From a virus (taxonomy: Duplodnaviria > Caudoviricetes), in IMG/VR virus record IMGVR_UViG_3300014962_000394, positions 1 through 54,721 of that record: a stretch of DNA of 54,721 bases. The stretch is one strand, 5' to 3'. Below, piece by piece: positions 22,037 to 32,453 of the stretch. The notes below the pieces were generated by a model. That model was not told where the DNA came from. It saw only the letters and a list, made by a program, of their open reading frames with translations, and did no database searches. Made by a program: the position numbers and the translations under genes. Numbering within the stretch: the first letter of the stretch is position 1; every line of letters starts with the position of its first letter.

Positions 22037-25000
22037 TTATTGAATTTGTGGGAAAAATATACTATTTGGAACTTTTGGTCTACTTAAATCTATAAACATT
22101 CTTTGTGTAAATCCGTAATCAGGTCCTATATTTGGTACATTATTATTTGATCCAGACCATATTAAAACCCAAGGAAAAGATCTTATATGTTCTGGAGATC
22201 CAGGATAATTTAAATATTTTTTTGTTCCAACAATTACGGACTCTTGTAGATAAGTTGGTGAAAACAAATTTTTATCACTTAAATCTGGATGGTTAGTATC
22301 TAATATTATTATTCTTGGTGCACTATCTGTCATTCCATAAACATTTTTATTTGTTGCATCTGTAAAATAGTTTCCTCTTATTGCAGTTTTCCAATACTCA
22401 CTTTTTGGAAAAACATTATTTTCAACTAAATTATATGAACTACTTGGTATCCAGTCATATATTTTATTGTAAACTAAAGATAATTTATTATTTTTTTCAT
22501 GTGTAGGTCTTTCAAAATTTTCGTATATTTGTGTAAATTCTGTATAATCTTTTATGGGTGATATTATTTGGGTTAAACTTTCTAAAACTTTTTTATATGG
22601 ATATGCATAATCATTACAACCAAAAAAATCTCTATTTTTCTTTGGTAAATTTAAAGAATTTGGATGTATGTATGATGAACCACTTATTAATTTATATCCA
22701 TTATTTTTTAAATAAGTTTTACTTTGTATTGGATATACAGTATCATAATAATTTGTTTGTTCGTAATTTGATATTTCATTTTGGTTTGAACCAAAAATAA
22801 AAATTTCTTTATCTGATGAATTAAATTTTAAATTAAAATTAGCATAACCATTTACGTTTATTATATTTGATTTTACATTTAATTTATCAGAAAATTTTAT
22901 TTTACTAGGTATTGATTGAGTTTTTAAAATTATATTATTATCTGTTAATTCTGTTTTTAATGTAGATCCGTACGATTTATATTTTACATCAAATCTTCCA
23001 TTTCCACTTTTACCATCTATAAAATCAAAAAGTTTTATTTTTACATTTTTATTTATTGCCTCTCCACCCTTTTTAATTTGAACATCATGTTCTCCTTCTT
23101 TAATATTTTCATCAGTTTCTGTTAATATATCTGTGTAAATTTCTTTTTCTGTTTCTATATCATCCAATTTAATAATATCTCCATCATCAAATCCTATAAA
23201 CAAAGTTGTATTTTTTGTTGGGTAATATGTATTATTTGTACTTGGAAAAATATTAATATCATTTGATTCTTGATAATGTTCTGTATTTCCAGACATTCCA
23301 CGAACTGGAAGTGTTTTTGATCTTTCTAAAATATTTGGTTCAATTACAAGTCCCAATATTTCATTAGTTCTAATTGGAATTGTTTGTGCAATTTGTTCAA
23401 ATACACTAAAATCAAATTGTGATATTATACTAATATATGCATTAAAATCATTTCTATTATCATACTTTTGCCAATATTCGTTTGCAAACATTTTTAAATT
23501 GGTATATTCGTCTGATTGTATTGTAGAGTAATCACCTATAAATTCACTAATGTCTATACCACCTATTGCCTCGTAAATATCTTCATTTATTATATGTTGT
23601 GGTGAAAATGCCACCATCAATCTATTTGAATCTAAAGAATTTCTTTTTAGTGAAGTTCTTTCATATGAATTATGCATACTTAATGCACCACCCAAAGATG
23701 AAGATTCTATTCTAATTTTTTGTCCGTAATCAGAATGTGCACCTACACTAGCAACTTCCATTAAATACATTTCGGTTAATGGCTCAAATGATTCACTTGT
23801 AAATCCTAACAATATTGCATCTTTTGAAGAAGTTTCAAAGTTTTTATATTTTTGATTTGGATGACTACTTGATAAACTGTTTGTCACAAATAAATCAAAT
23901 GGTTGCCAAAATTTCCATTGGGCTTGCAAATCATAAAATGAAGAAGTTGCATCATTTCCATTATATGATCTAGCTGATAATACATGATTATTAAATGAAT
24001 CTTGTAATAATGCATTTGACCAATATCTTAATTCAAAAATTGAACCAGTTATTGGTGTTTGTGTTAAATTATTTATTCCTGATCCAATATAAAGTTTACC
24101 GTTTGAACTCCAAGATTCATTAAATTTAGATTCAATTGTACCGTCAATACTAATTGATCCTGATTTTTCTATTGCAAGTTTTCCATATTTTTCAGTTTTT
24201 AAAATAAACTCATATGTTTGATTTGAACCAGTTTGATCAGTTTGATTTAAACGTTTTATTAAAATATTTAAAGGTGTGTCATCAAAAAGGTATTCATCTA
24301 CTATTGATGTAGATTTTAAATTTGAACCACTTGAAATATAAAATGTAAGTGATCCTTTTTGAGGATCAGTACCATTATTGTTTATAGTTACAAACCAATC
24401 AGCACCATTTGATGAACTTTTTTGAAGTACAGTTTGATGTTCTGTTCCAGTGTAATTGTATAACTGATCCGGTTCCATTTTCCATCTAAATGAAACTGAA
24501 TCTGGATATAACCAATTATTATTGTAATTTACTTTTTCCCAAGGAACAGTTGCCTTTTGACTGCTTGATGAAACAAAACCTTCTATATTTAAATAATACG
24601 TTGGTTTTTCATACCATTTCTTCTTAAAATCGTATGTTTTTTCACTATAAGAACCGCCGTATTCTCTTATACTCAATAATGTTTGTGGTATACCATAAGC
24701 AGCAAGTAAAGCATTTATACCACGTGAAGTTCCTTTTGTTCTATAAATGTATGGTAAATTGTTTAAAATACGTCTCCAAACTTCTTTTGTTCTTTCTTCT
24801 TCGGTTTTATTGTATTTTTTACCTAATACATTATCTTTATTTTCTTCATCTTCATTTAATCCTAAAACATACTCCCACAAATTTTTATCTTGTGTATTTG
24901 ATGCAAGTTTCCAGCCAAAATGTTCTGTTACTTCTTTTATTAAATCCTGTGATAATCCAGATTTTGGATTTTCTTTTCTTAAATTTTTCTGTAAAATGTG

Positions 25001-26410
25001 ATTAGTGTATGTGTATATTATATCAAAATGTTGTCCTATCATATTAATAAAAGAAACAAATTGACTATTTTGAGAATCTAATAATATATGGTCAGGAAAA
25101 ACTCTTACTAAAGCATTTTCATTATTTTTATCAAATTCTTCAGCAAGAGCAAGTGTTGCCTCATACCATCTAATAGTAGGACCATCTTCTACTGTATAAA
25201 ATTTGTATGTTCCAGATTTTGTTGAAATGTGGTATTGTGATGGTGATTCGTACTTTGGGTATGGTACTATAAAATTTGTTTCTGTTATTTGTACATCTTC
25301 TTCAAAGTCTTCATAATATAACCATTTTTCCCATTCATCAAACCCTTCTAATAACTTATCTATTAAATTATTAATTTTTGCTTTACTATTATTAATATCA
25401 ATAACAGAAGCCATGTAACTATTTAGATTTGAAATTTCATTTCTATATCCTTCTAATATTTGCATCTTGTAAAAAAAGTTTTCTAGTCTTTCTTTTGCCG
25501 ATGAATAAAAACAAAAATTTTGAAATGAAGAAAAATCTATGTTTAATCTTACAGATTTTTGATCACCGTTTACAAATTTTGATAAAATTTCTTGTGATGT
25601 GTTTACATTTGTTGATAACAAATCTGTCCAAGATTTATAGTCAGTTTCAGTTACCATATTATATTTGTAATTTGCATTGTAATTTGGTCCTCTTAAAACA
25701 TTTTCAGGATTAATTACAACTTCTCTTGTTTCAACAATGTCTATTTGGTCTATAAATGGTTTTAATAACTGAATTGCTAACCAACACTCATATCTTAAAT
25801 CAATATCATCTGGAAGAGGAAACATAAGTTTTGCATAAAAATATGTTTGACTTCCATCGGATGCAACATTTACTACATCTAATATTTTATTTTCACCAAA
25901 ATTTAATACTAATGGTGGCAAATATTTTTTTGGTTTTAGATATTCTAATACAAATGTTGTTAATTTTTCAATTTGAATTGCATCTGTTGGATTTGTTAAT
26001 GCAAGTGTAATTTCTTTTCTATCATTTGATATTTCAGATATAAAAAGTTTTGTTCTATCAAATTCTCCAGAAATTAAATTTCTAAAGAAATTGTATACAA
26101 CTCTATACCTTCCGTTTTGAAGATTAAAAACTTCTAAATCGTTTAATAAATTTAATTGTATCGTTTGGGGATCATCTACATTATCTACTTCCCAATTTGA
26201 TATGTTATACGATGAACCCAAATAAGATGTATCTGCATAAAAAACATGCATTTCAAATGAATCTTTTGATATATTTAATTCACTATCATTTTGTGTAATA
26301 ATTTCTGGAACTATTATTCGTTTATCACGTCTAACATAAAATCTTGATCCACGAATTGGACCGGTTGCATTTATTACTTCATCTATATTTTGATATTGAA
26401 AATTATTCAT
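22037..26410 (-). CDS. Large baseplate wedge protein (gp7/P2 gpI-like core)
   Basis: IYRTKGTSRGINALLAAYGIP motif; position in baseplate cluster. Confidence 0.65.
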   Translation of the reverse strand: MNNFQYQNIDEVINATGPIRGSRFYVRRDKRIIVPEIITQNDSELNISKDSFEMHVFYADTSYLGSSYNISNWEVDNVDDPQTIQLNLLNDLEVFNLQNGRYRVVYNFFRNLISGEFDRTKLFISEISNDRKEITLALTNPTDAIQIEKLTTFVLEYLKPKKYLPPLVLNFGENKILDVVNVASDGSQTYFYAKLMFPLPDDIDLRYECWLAIQLLKPFIDQIDIVETREVVINPENVLRGPNYNANYKYNMVTETDYKSWTDLLSTNVNTSQEILSKFVNGDQKSVRLNIDFSSFQNFCFYSSAKERLENFFYKMQILEGYRNEISNLNSYMASVIDINNSKAKINNLIDKLLEGFDEWEKWLYYEDFEEDVQITETNFIVPYPKYESPSQYHISTKSGTYKFYTVEDGPTIRWYEATLALAEEFDKNNENALVRVFPDHILLDSQNSQFVSFINMIGQHFDIIYTYTNHILQKNLRKENPKSGLSQDLIKEVTEHFGWKLASNTQDKNLWEYVLGLNEDEENKDNVLGKKYNKTEEERTKEVWRRILNNLPYIYRTKGTSRGINALLAAYGIPQTLLSIREYGGSYSEKTYDFKKKWYEKPTYYLNIEGFVSSSSQKATVPWEKVNYNNNWLYPDSVSFRWKMEPDQLYNYTGTEHQTVLQKSSSNGADWFVTINNNGTDPQKGSLTFYISSGSNLKSTSIVDEYLFDDTPLNILIKRLNQTDQTGSNQTYEFILKTEKYGKLAIEKSGSISIDGTIESKFNESWSSNGKLYIGSGINNLTQTPITGSIFELRYWSNALLQDSFNNHVLSARSYNGNDATSSFYDLQAQWKFWQPFDLFVTNSLSSSHPNQKYKNFETSSKDAILLGFTSESFEPLTEMYLMEVASVGAHSDYGQKIRIESSSLGGALSMHNSYERTSLKRNSLDSNRLMVAFSPQHIINEDIYEAIGGIDISEFIGDYSTIQSDEYTNLKMFANEYWQKYDNRNDFNAYISIISQFDFSVFEQIAQTIPIRTNEILGLVIEPNILERSKTLPVRGMSGNTEHYQESNDINIFPSTNNTYYPTKNTTLFIGFDDGDIIKLDDIETEKEIYTDILTETDENIKEGEHDVQIKKGGEAINKNVKIKLFDFIDGKSGNGRFDVKYKSYGSTLKTELTDNNIILKTQSIPSKIKFSDKLNVKSNIINVNGYANFNLKFNSSDKEIFIFGSNQNEISNYEQTNYYDTVYPIQSKTYLKNNGYKLISGSSYIHPNSLNLPKKNRDFFGCNDYAYPYKKVLESLTQIISPIKDYTEFTQIYENFERPTHEKNNKLSLVYNKIYDWIPSSSYNLVENNVFPKSEYWKTAIRGNYFTDATNKNVYGMTDSAPRIIILDTNHPDLSDKNLFSPTYLQESVIVGTKKYLNYPGSPEHIRSFPWVLIWSGSNNNVPNIGPDYGFTQRMFIDLSRPKVPNSIFFPQIQ

Positions 26411-26921
26411 TTGATAAGTTGTCTATTAAAGAATTTATAGTATTTGTTAATTCATCTATTTGTGAGTCTTTTTCTCCAATTAATAAATTTGCATTTATTA
26501 AATTTTCTGTTTGTTGGTATATTTCTTCATTTTTTAACAAAGATTCTGTTTTTAAATTTTCAACTTCTTGTTCTAATCTATTTATTAAAAATCTTTGTGC
26601 AATTGGATTTTCCGAATCATTATTTATTAAATTACCAATATCGCTTAAAAATGTATCAACAGTTGGAATTTCTGTTAAATTTAGTGTATTTTCAACATTA
26701 ACTTCGTTTATTTGACCACCATTTATTAAATCTAATACACTTAAAACATATTCTTGGGCAGTTACAGCACCTTTTAATGATCTAAAATTTACATCAACTA
26801 CATAAGTAAAATCTTGCATTAAAAATCTTTCATCCAACACTCTAACAGGAATTAAAGCATCGGTTGTTTTATTTTTATCTATTACTAAACGGCCTCTTTG
26901 ATTTCTTTTTGCTTCTTCCAT
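26403..26921 (-). CDS. Hypothetical coiled-coil protein of the baseplate operon
   Basis: Overlaps both neighbours (coupled translation). Confidence 0.6.
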   Translation of the reverse strand: MEEAKRNQRGRLVIDKNKTTDALIPVRVLDERFLMQDFTYVVDVNFRSLKGAVTAQEYVLSVLDLINGGQINEVNVENTLNLTEIPTVDTFLSDIGNLINNDSENPIAQRFLINRLEQEVENLKTESLLKNEEIYQQTENLINANLLIGEKDSQIDELTNTINSLIDNLSNE

Positions 26922-28018
26922 TATCTAGTTACCTTAAAATAGTAATTGTTGTCATATATTTGAACTATGTTTCCGTTATCAGATTCTACTTTTATTAAAA
27001 TTCTATAAAATCTTTCAGGTTGAAATGAAGACATCCATAAATAAAAATAATTACCATTAGAATCACAACTTAATTTTGTTGCATTACTATCAAACGGTAT
27101 TATTATTTCGTCACTATGTGCATCTCTTATTTCGTAATATGTAGTTTCTGGTAAATAATATTTTTGTATATTATATGCCGTTGTTGTATACGTTTTTTGA
27201 GGATATTTTTCATTTGCATTTACTTTTATTTTTACATTTTCATTAGATGAATAGTATTTTTTTAATTTTACATTTAAATTCAAATTATCTAAATTTGAAG
27301 ATGTTAAACTTCCTGTTGTAAATGTTGAATCATCCCACTTTACGTGAAGTCTTGGGACATATATTGTATTACTGTCTGTACTAAAAAATTGTATTTTTGA
27401 AAAAGATTGCGGGAGAGATTCCAATGAATCTGAAAATTTAATTACCATACCATCATTATTGATGGAACCTGTGATCCATTCATTTATCATTGGAGTAATA
27501 TCCATGTATAAATCGGATGATTGATAATTGAATGATTGTGAACAAATTAAATTTTCATAAGTCCACCAAGTAGATCCACCTATGTTTGTACCATATGATC
27601 CAGTTACATTTGGATTTAAACTTTGTGTTGGTTCCCATTCGGTTCCTATTTGTTTCGATGTTCTATATTTCCAAGATACACCGTCTGTTATATTTGGTCT
27701 AGTGTTGTACTGTCCTGTTCCGTTTATCCAAGAAGAACTAATTGGATATGCGTATATTGTATATTCTTGTGGAACTTCTTGAACATCTACCGTTCTTAAT
27801 GATAAAAAATAATTTGAAGATGACGGTATTTTTTGAGAATTTATTTTATCTTTTAATTCTTCTAAATCTAATTTTAATAGTATTCTACTATTATACAAAG
27901 AAGCTGAGGGATCTATCAATTCATGTGTTAGTTCTATTATAGAATCTATACCAGAATTTAATGATTCTGTTTTTTCATAAATTGTTGTATCTTTTAGGGA
28001 AAAAATAGTATAAATCAT
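26921..28018 (-). CDS. Virion structural protein, DNRLRE/CBM96-like domain
   Basis: KDTTIYE...SRILLK.D, W..GTG, DIT..INEW...NDG, PRL. Confidence 0.55.
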   Translation of the reverse strand: MIYTIFSLKDTTIYEKTESLNSGIDSIIELTHELIDPSASLYNSRILLKLDLEELKDKINSQKIPSSSNYFLSLRTVDVQEVPQEYTIYAYPISSSWINGTGQYNTRPNITDGVSWKYRTSKQIGTEWEPTQSLNPNVTGSYGTNIGGSTWWTYENLICSQSFNYQSSDLYMDITPMINEWITGSINNDGMVIKFSDSLESLPQSFSKIQFFSTDSNTIYVPRLHVKWDDSTFTTGSLTSSNLDNLNLNVKLKKYYSSNENVKIKVNANEKYPQKTYTTTAYNIQKYYLPETTYYEIRDAHSDEIIIPFDSNATKLSCDSNGNYFYLWMSSFQPERFYRILIKVESDNGNIVQIYDNNYYFKVTR

Positions 28019-29913
28019 TATAGTGACCTTGCTTTACCTAATATATCATTATCAGGATATTTAATTTCAAAAATAGAAGGATCTAATGATGGAAATAAAA
28101 TTCCATCTTTCATAGCCGAATTTATATCATAAATATTTTTTGAATATCCAAGAGATTCATCGTGTAAATTTGTAATTCTAATATCAACAACGGTTTGAAC
28201 TCCCTCTATTCTATCTAATTCTGTGTAAAGATTACTTATTACTATTGGTTGATTTATTTGCCATTTTTTTGTATCAAAATAATCTTTTAATTTTTGTATA
28301 CATCTCATTATTACTTGATTACCATTTTGGTTTGGAATTGTAATTATTTCAAATTCTACACCAATATTAATAATATAAGCATTTTTAATAGTAATAGCAT
28401 CAGTCAATATTCTATATTGATCTAAATATGTTTTTAGATTTTCTTTAGTTGCATCGCTTACAGTTGTTAATTTATTATTACCATCATATCCCAATACATA
28501 AAAACTTATCCCTAATTGATTTTGCATAAAATTATCAACATTTGAATAATTGTATTGTAATTCCGTATCTTTTATTACATATGCCTTTGCAATAGAACCG
28601 TATTTGGGTGGTAAACTATAAGCTCTTATGATATAATCTTCTTTTGTTACGGCTCTATTTTGAGAAGCAAATTGTGCAAGTGCATTTTGTCTTACTTCTT
28701 CTATATTATCTGATACTTTTCCACCTGAAGCTGGTTCTGGATTTGTTACAGCAAGACTGTTTAATACTTGATTATACAAAACACTATCTAATCCGGTTTC
28801 ATCTACCAATACATTTTTACTAACTATTTTGGTCAATACATCGGATTCAACGTTATCTGCACTTCCACCTCCAGTTGTATATCTTATTCTTAAAGTAGTA
28901 TTACTTGGTGCAATACCATAGCTTTTTGTATACAAGAAATTTGCTGGGTTTAAATCTTTTGTTAATGGATTTTCAATGTTGTTTAATCCTGAACCCACTA
29001 AATCGGGATTTGGTATTAAAATTTCGTCATTAAAATTACTAACACCGGATCCAAACTGTATTTCAAAAACTCCTTCTTCTATTTGTCTTGAAGTAAATCT
29101 TCTAGGTATTCTTCTTAATTTTAACAAGTATGGTGTTAAACCTCTATCTTTTGCTAAAAATTTATCATTTCTTGGAATATTTGGTACTGATTCAAAAATC
29201 GTATCTTGTACCAAATATGGAACATGATACCATATATTTCCATCCGTATCAACCGCATTTATTATTTCTATCAAATTTGGTTCTTGTATTGTTATTTTAT
29301 TATATGGTATAGGTTCTGTAAAAGATACATTTCTATTTTGTATAACTCCTGAAACAGCATTTACAGATTTTTTTAATAACCAAAATTCAACTTCTCCTGT
29401 TAAATCGTTTATTTCATATGGTGTAACTTCTGTTGGATCCATACTACTACTAAATTTAAAATCAACATAATCTATTGTTCTAAATCTAGATGCTAATGTT
29501 CCGGTATTTGGTGATACAATCATTCCTTCATCTAAAGCAAGTGCATATCTCCAATCTGGCATCATTATACCATATCCATTGTCAATTGATGGAACTAATT
29601 GAAATACATCTAATTTTACAACTGATGCAATTCTATTTTTGGGCATATAACCCATTGATTGAGCTATATTTAATATGTTTTGTCTTTCTGTTGCATGAGT
29701 TATCAGAGACTCTTGTAGAGTTACATCGGTATAATATGATAAAACATCTCCAACATATGATGCCATTTCTAAAAACATCATTCCTGGAGACGCTTCATTA
29801 AAATCTTGATAAGTATTTGGAAAATACGTTTTAGCAAAATCAATTAAATTTCCTTTTAAAGAATTAAAATCTCTTGCAAGATAACGAATATCTTTTTTTA
29901 ATAAATCTGCCAT
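28018..29913 (-). CDS. Baseplate wedge subunit (T4 gp6/baseplate J-like)
   Basis: DFNSLK..LI, MFLEMASYVGDVLSYY.D, IQFGSG, SGG...E.VR, QNRAVTKEDY. Confidence 0.85.
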   Translation of the reverse strand: MADLLKKDIRYLARDFNSLKGNLIDFAKTYFPNTYQDFNEASPGMMFLEMASYVGDVLSYYTDVTLQESLITHATERQNILNIAQSMGYMPKNRIASVVKLDVFQLVPSIDNGYGIMMPDWRYALALDEGMIVSPNTGTLASRFRTIDYVDFKFSSSMDPTEVTPYEINDLTGEVEFWLLKKSVNAVSGVIQNRNVSFTEPIPYNKITIQEPNLIEIINAVDTDGNIWYHVPYLVQDTIFESVPNIPRNDKFLAKDRGLTPYLLKLRRIPRRFTSRQIEEGVFEIQFGSGVSNFNDEILIPNPDLVGSGLNNIENPLTKDLNPANFLYTKSYGIAPSNTTLRIRYTTGGGSADNVESDVLTKIVSKNVLVDETGLDSVLYNQVLNSLAVTNPEPASGGKVSDNIEEVRQNALAQFASQNRAVTKEDYIIRAYSLPPKYGSIAKAYVIKDTELQYNYSNVDNFMQNQLGISFYVLGYDGNNKLTTVSDATKENLKTYLDQYRILTDAITIKNAYIINIGVEFEIITIPNQNGNQVIMRCIQKLKDYFDTKKWQINQPIVISNLYTELDRIEGVQTVVDIRITNLHDESLGYSKNIYDINSAMKDGILFPSLDPSIFEIKYPDNDILGKARSL

Positions 29914-29916
29914 TAA

Positions 29917-30414
29917 TTATACCTCTATTTCGAGTGCTAAATTTCCAGTTTCAGATATAAGTAGTCTAACTGGAAGATATATGTTTGTTCCTGATATGAA
30001 AAGATTTAATGTTATTACAACAGCGTGATTAGGTTCAACAATTCTTGTGTCTTGTACTGGATTTGTATTTACATTTACATCTTGTATTGAAACATAAGGC
30101 ATCCAAAAAGTCAATGCTGAACGTATTTCACCAATTAATTTTTCTTGAAATTCAAATTCATCAGTAATTTGTTCAAACAGATAATATTGTAAATCTGTTC
30201 CAAATTCTGGTTGCATTATTCTTTCACCTTTTCTTGTAAGCAAAAGATTTTTTAAATTTGAAATAACTTGTTCTCTATCAGTATAGCTTTGATTAAATAT
30301 ACCACTTTCTTTATTAAAAGGTAATGTAACACCAATTGGTTTTAAATTTTTTAATTCCTCTTGTGTTAATTGTGTAGTTGATTCACGATATATTTTTCGT
30401 CTGTGTTTAATCAA
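29917..30414 (-). CDS. Baseplate protein gp25/GPW-like
   Basis: NLKNLLLTRKGERIMQPEFGTDL..YLFE. Confidence 0.9.
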   Translation of the reverse strand: MIKHRRKIYRESTTQLTQEELKNLKPIGVTLPFNKESGIFNQSYTDREQVISNLKNLLLTRKGERIMQPEFGTDLQYYLFEQITDEFEFQEKLIGEIRSALTFWMPYVSIQDVNVNTNPVQDTRIVEPNHAVVITLNLFISGTNIYLPVRLLISETGNLALEIEV

Positions 30415-30417
30415 CTA

Positions 30418-30837
30418 TCATCTCCCTTTTTTTTCATCTATTTTTTTCATTAATGATGAATAGTCTCTTGTCAAAGCAGACATAACTTCATCTGGAATAT
30501 ATTCGGAACTCATACCATTTGGTATCGCTGCATGATTTATCGGTTCTACCATGTCAGATGTAAACCTAAATTCTGATTCTAAATCTGAACTTTCTTGTAA
30601 AGTTCTTTTTGTTTCATTTAAAATGTCTTGAATACTGTTAAAATGTGTTGGTTGTTTTTTTGTTTTTACAACTGGTTTTTTCTTTTCTGATTCTTTTATC
30701 ATACGAATACCTTGTAAAAGAGCTTCTGTTTGTTCTTTTTTTACATTATTTTTTTTACTTAATGCATAATCAATTTCTTCACGAATAATCTCTCTTATTT
30801 TTGAGAAAAAAACTTTTGAATCCATGTCAATCACCAT
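30418..30837 (-). CDS. Hypothetical late protein
   Basis: Open ORF in operon; TATTTAT motif upstream. Confidence 0.6.
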   Translation of the reverse strand: MVIDMDSKVFFSKIREIIREEIDYALSKKNNVKKEQTEALLQGIRMIKESEKKKPVVKTKKQPTHFNSIQDILNETKRTLQESSDLESEFRFTSDMVEPINHAAIPNGMSSEYIPDEVMSALTRDYSSLMKKIDEKKGR

Positions 30838-30883
30838 ATAATATTGTTATTGATAAAACTATAAATATCTAAATATGATAAAA

Positions 30884-32443
30884 TTACCAAGTAAGTATGC
30901 TTGGTAGTTTTCTACCCATATCTATATTTTTTACTAAAAATTTATTATCTTTCATTAAAAAGGTAGATCCACCACCATCAAGAAATAGTGCATCTTTTAT
31001 TCCAGTTATTTTCATCATACTATCTCTTGCTTGTATAATATCTTTTGATGTACAAACATAAATTATAGCTTGCCCATCATTTGTCACACCCACTGCTGTT
31101 CTTTCTGCTTTATCTCCTTGTCTTCCTTCTAAAGAAAGATTTTGTGGAACTCCATTTAAAATTGCCATTGGGGTAGAGCCAATAATATATTTTGCATTTT
31201 TTGGAGCGGACTCTGAACTACCAAATTTTTTTATATGTATTCCAGATGAATCAATCCATATTAAATTTTTATGATACATTGTGTAATCAGCGAATGTATC
31301 ATCTTTGTAGGGTGGATCCCATTTACCACTTGGACTGTAAAAAGATAAATTTATGGCATTGTTTATTTTAAATTTTTCTTTTGCTTCATTTACCAAATCT
31401 TTTACAGACCATCTACCATTACCTTTTGAATAAAATCTAATAGAAAATGGATTTATTCTGTAAATAAAATCATTTCCAGATGTACTTTGATTAGATTGTG
31501 AACTTATTTCACTTGATAACGTTTCCCAATACAAATGACTAGATGAATCATTAAATTTTTCATAAAAACCAACAGCAGATGCAGTTCTTTTTTGTCCACC
31601 TTCGCCTGAAAATAATTGTCTTGATGTACAAATACTACATCCTTCAAAAATTTGAGCAAATAAAAAACAACATTCTTTAGGATCCGTAGGATATGGTTCA
31701 CTACTTTTAATAAATTTTTTACATTTTGGTGTATTTAATAAGTAATTTATTTGTGACTCAACCGTTCTTCCTATCACATCAAACATACCTTCAACAGTTT
31801 TTGCACCAACATAACTACCACCATTAAATTGAACTAAACCAACTGATGGCAGTCCATTACTATCAATAGTGTTTGCATTTGGATTAAAATTTGATTCAGA
31901 TTCCATGTTTCCCATAATTCCTGCAACTTGAGCTTTACTTAAACCTGATGCTTTCAATCTCTGAGCAATTTCTCTTTTTATAGACTCTTTATCCGAATTT
32001 CCAGTTTTATATTCACCCATAACATCTGGTGTATAGTATCTGTTTGCTAATGGTGTACCTTTTACTAAATTTTTTACGGGTTCTAATTTTACAGTAATAT
32101 ATTTGTCAGGATCACTTTTGTATTTTGGTTTGTAAACTTCAAGTGAATTTTTTGAATCAACAGCATATTTTTCTTCTTTTTGTGTTTTTTTGTAATTGTC
32201 TTTTATTGTTGATATATTTTTATCGGATTCTTGTTTTTCAAAAATAGAAGCATCTTCCCAAGGAAAAGCGGGTCTTCTTAATAATGAATCTCCAATTTTT
32301 ATTTTTTTATTTCCAAAATATAATTCGTCAGTTCTATCATCTACTATTTGTTTTTTTATTACTTCGTTTGATGATTTTTCTGATATATTTTTCATATCAT
32401 TGTTATTTGGATTTACCGATTCTTTTTTTATGTTATTATCCAT
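30884..32443 (-). CDS. Virion-associated hydrolase: phage tail lysozyme domain + phosphodiester glycosidase (NAGPA-like) domain
   Basis: AGIMGNMESESNFNP...GLVQFNG; ERTAVGV...ALFLDGGGST; start moved to ATG 32443, just after the upstream stop. Confidence 0.75.
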   Translation of the reverse strand: MDNNIKKESVNPNNNDMKNISEKSSNEVIKKQIVDDRTDELYFGNKKIKIGDSLLRRPAFPWEDASIFEKQESDKNISTIKDNYKKTQKEEKYAVDSKNSLEVYKPKYKSDPDKYITVKLEPVKNLVKGTPLANRYYTPDVMGEYKTGNSDKESIKREIAQRLKASGLSKAQVAGIMGNMESESNFNPNANTIDSNGLPSVGLVQFNGGSYVGAKTVEGMFDVIGRTVESQINYLLNTPKCKKFIKSSEPYPTDPKECCFLFAQIFEGCSICTSRQLFSGEGGQKRTASAVGFYEKFNDSSSHLYWETLSSEISSQSNQSTSGNDFIYRINPFSIRFYSKGNGRWSVKDLVNEAKEKFKINNAINLSFYSPSGKWDPPYKDDTFADYTMYHKNLIWIDSSGIHIKKFGSSESAPKNAKYIIGSTPMAILNGVPQNLSLEGRQGDKAERTAVGVTNDGQAIIYVCTSKDIIQARDSMMKITGIKDALFLDGGGSTFLMKDNKFLVKNIDMGRKLPSILTW

Positions 32444-32453
32444 TTGATATATC

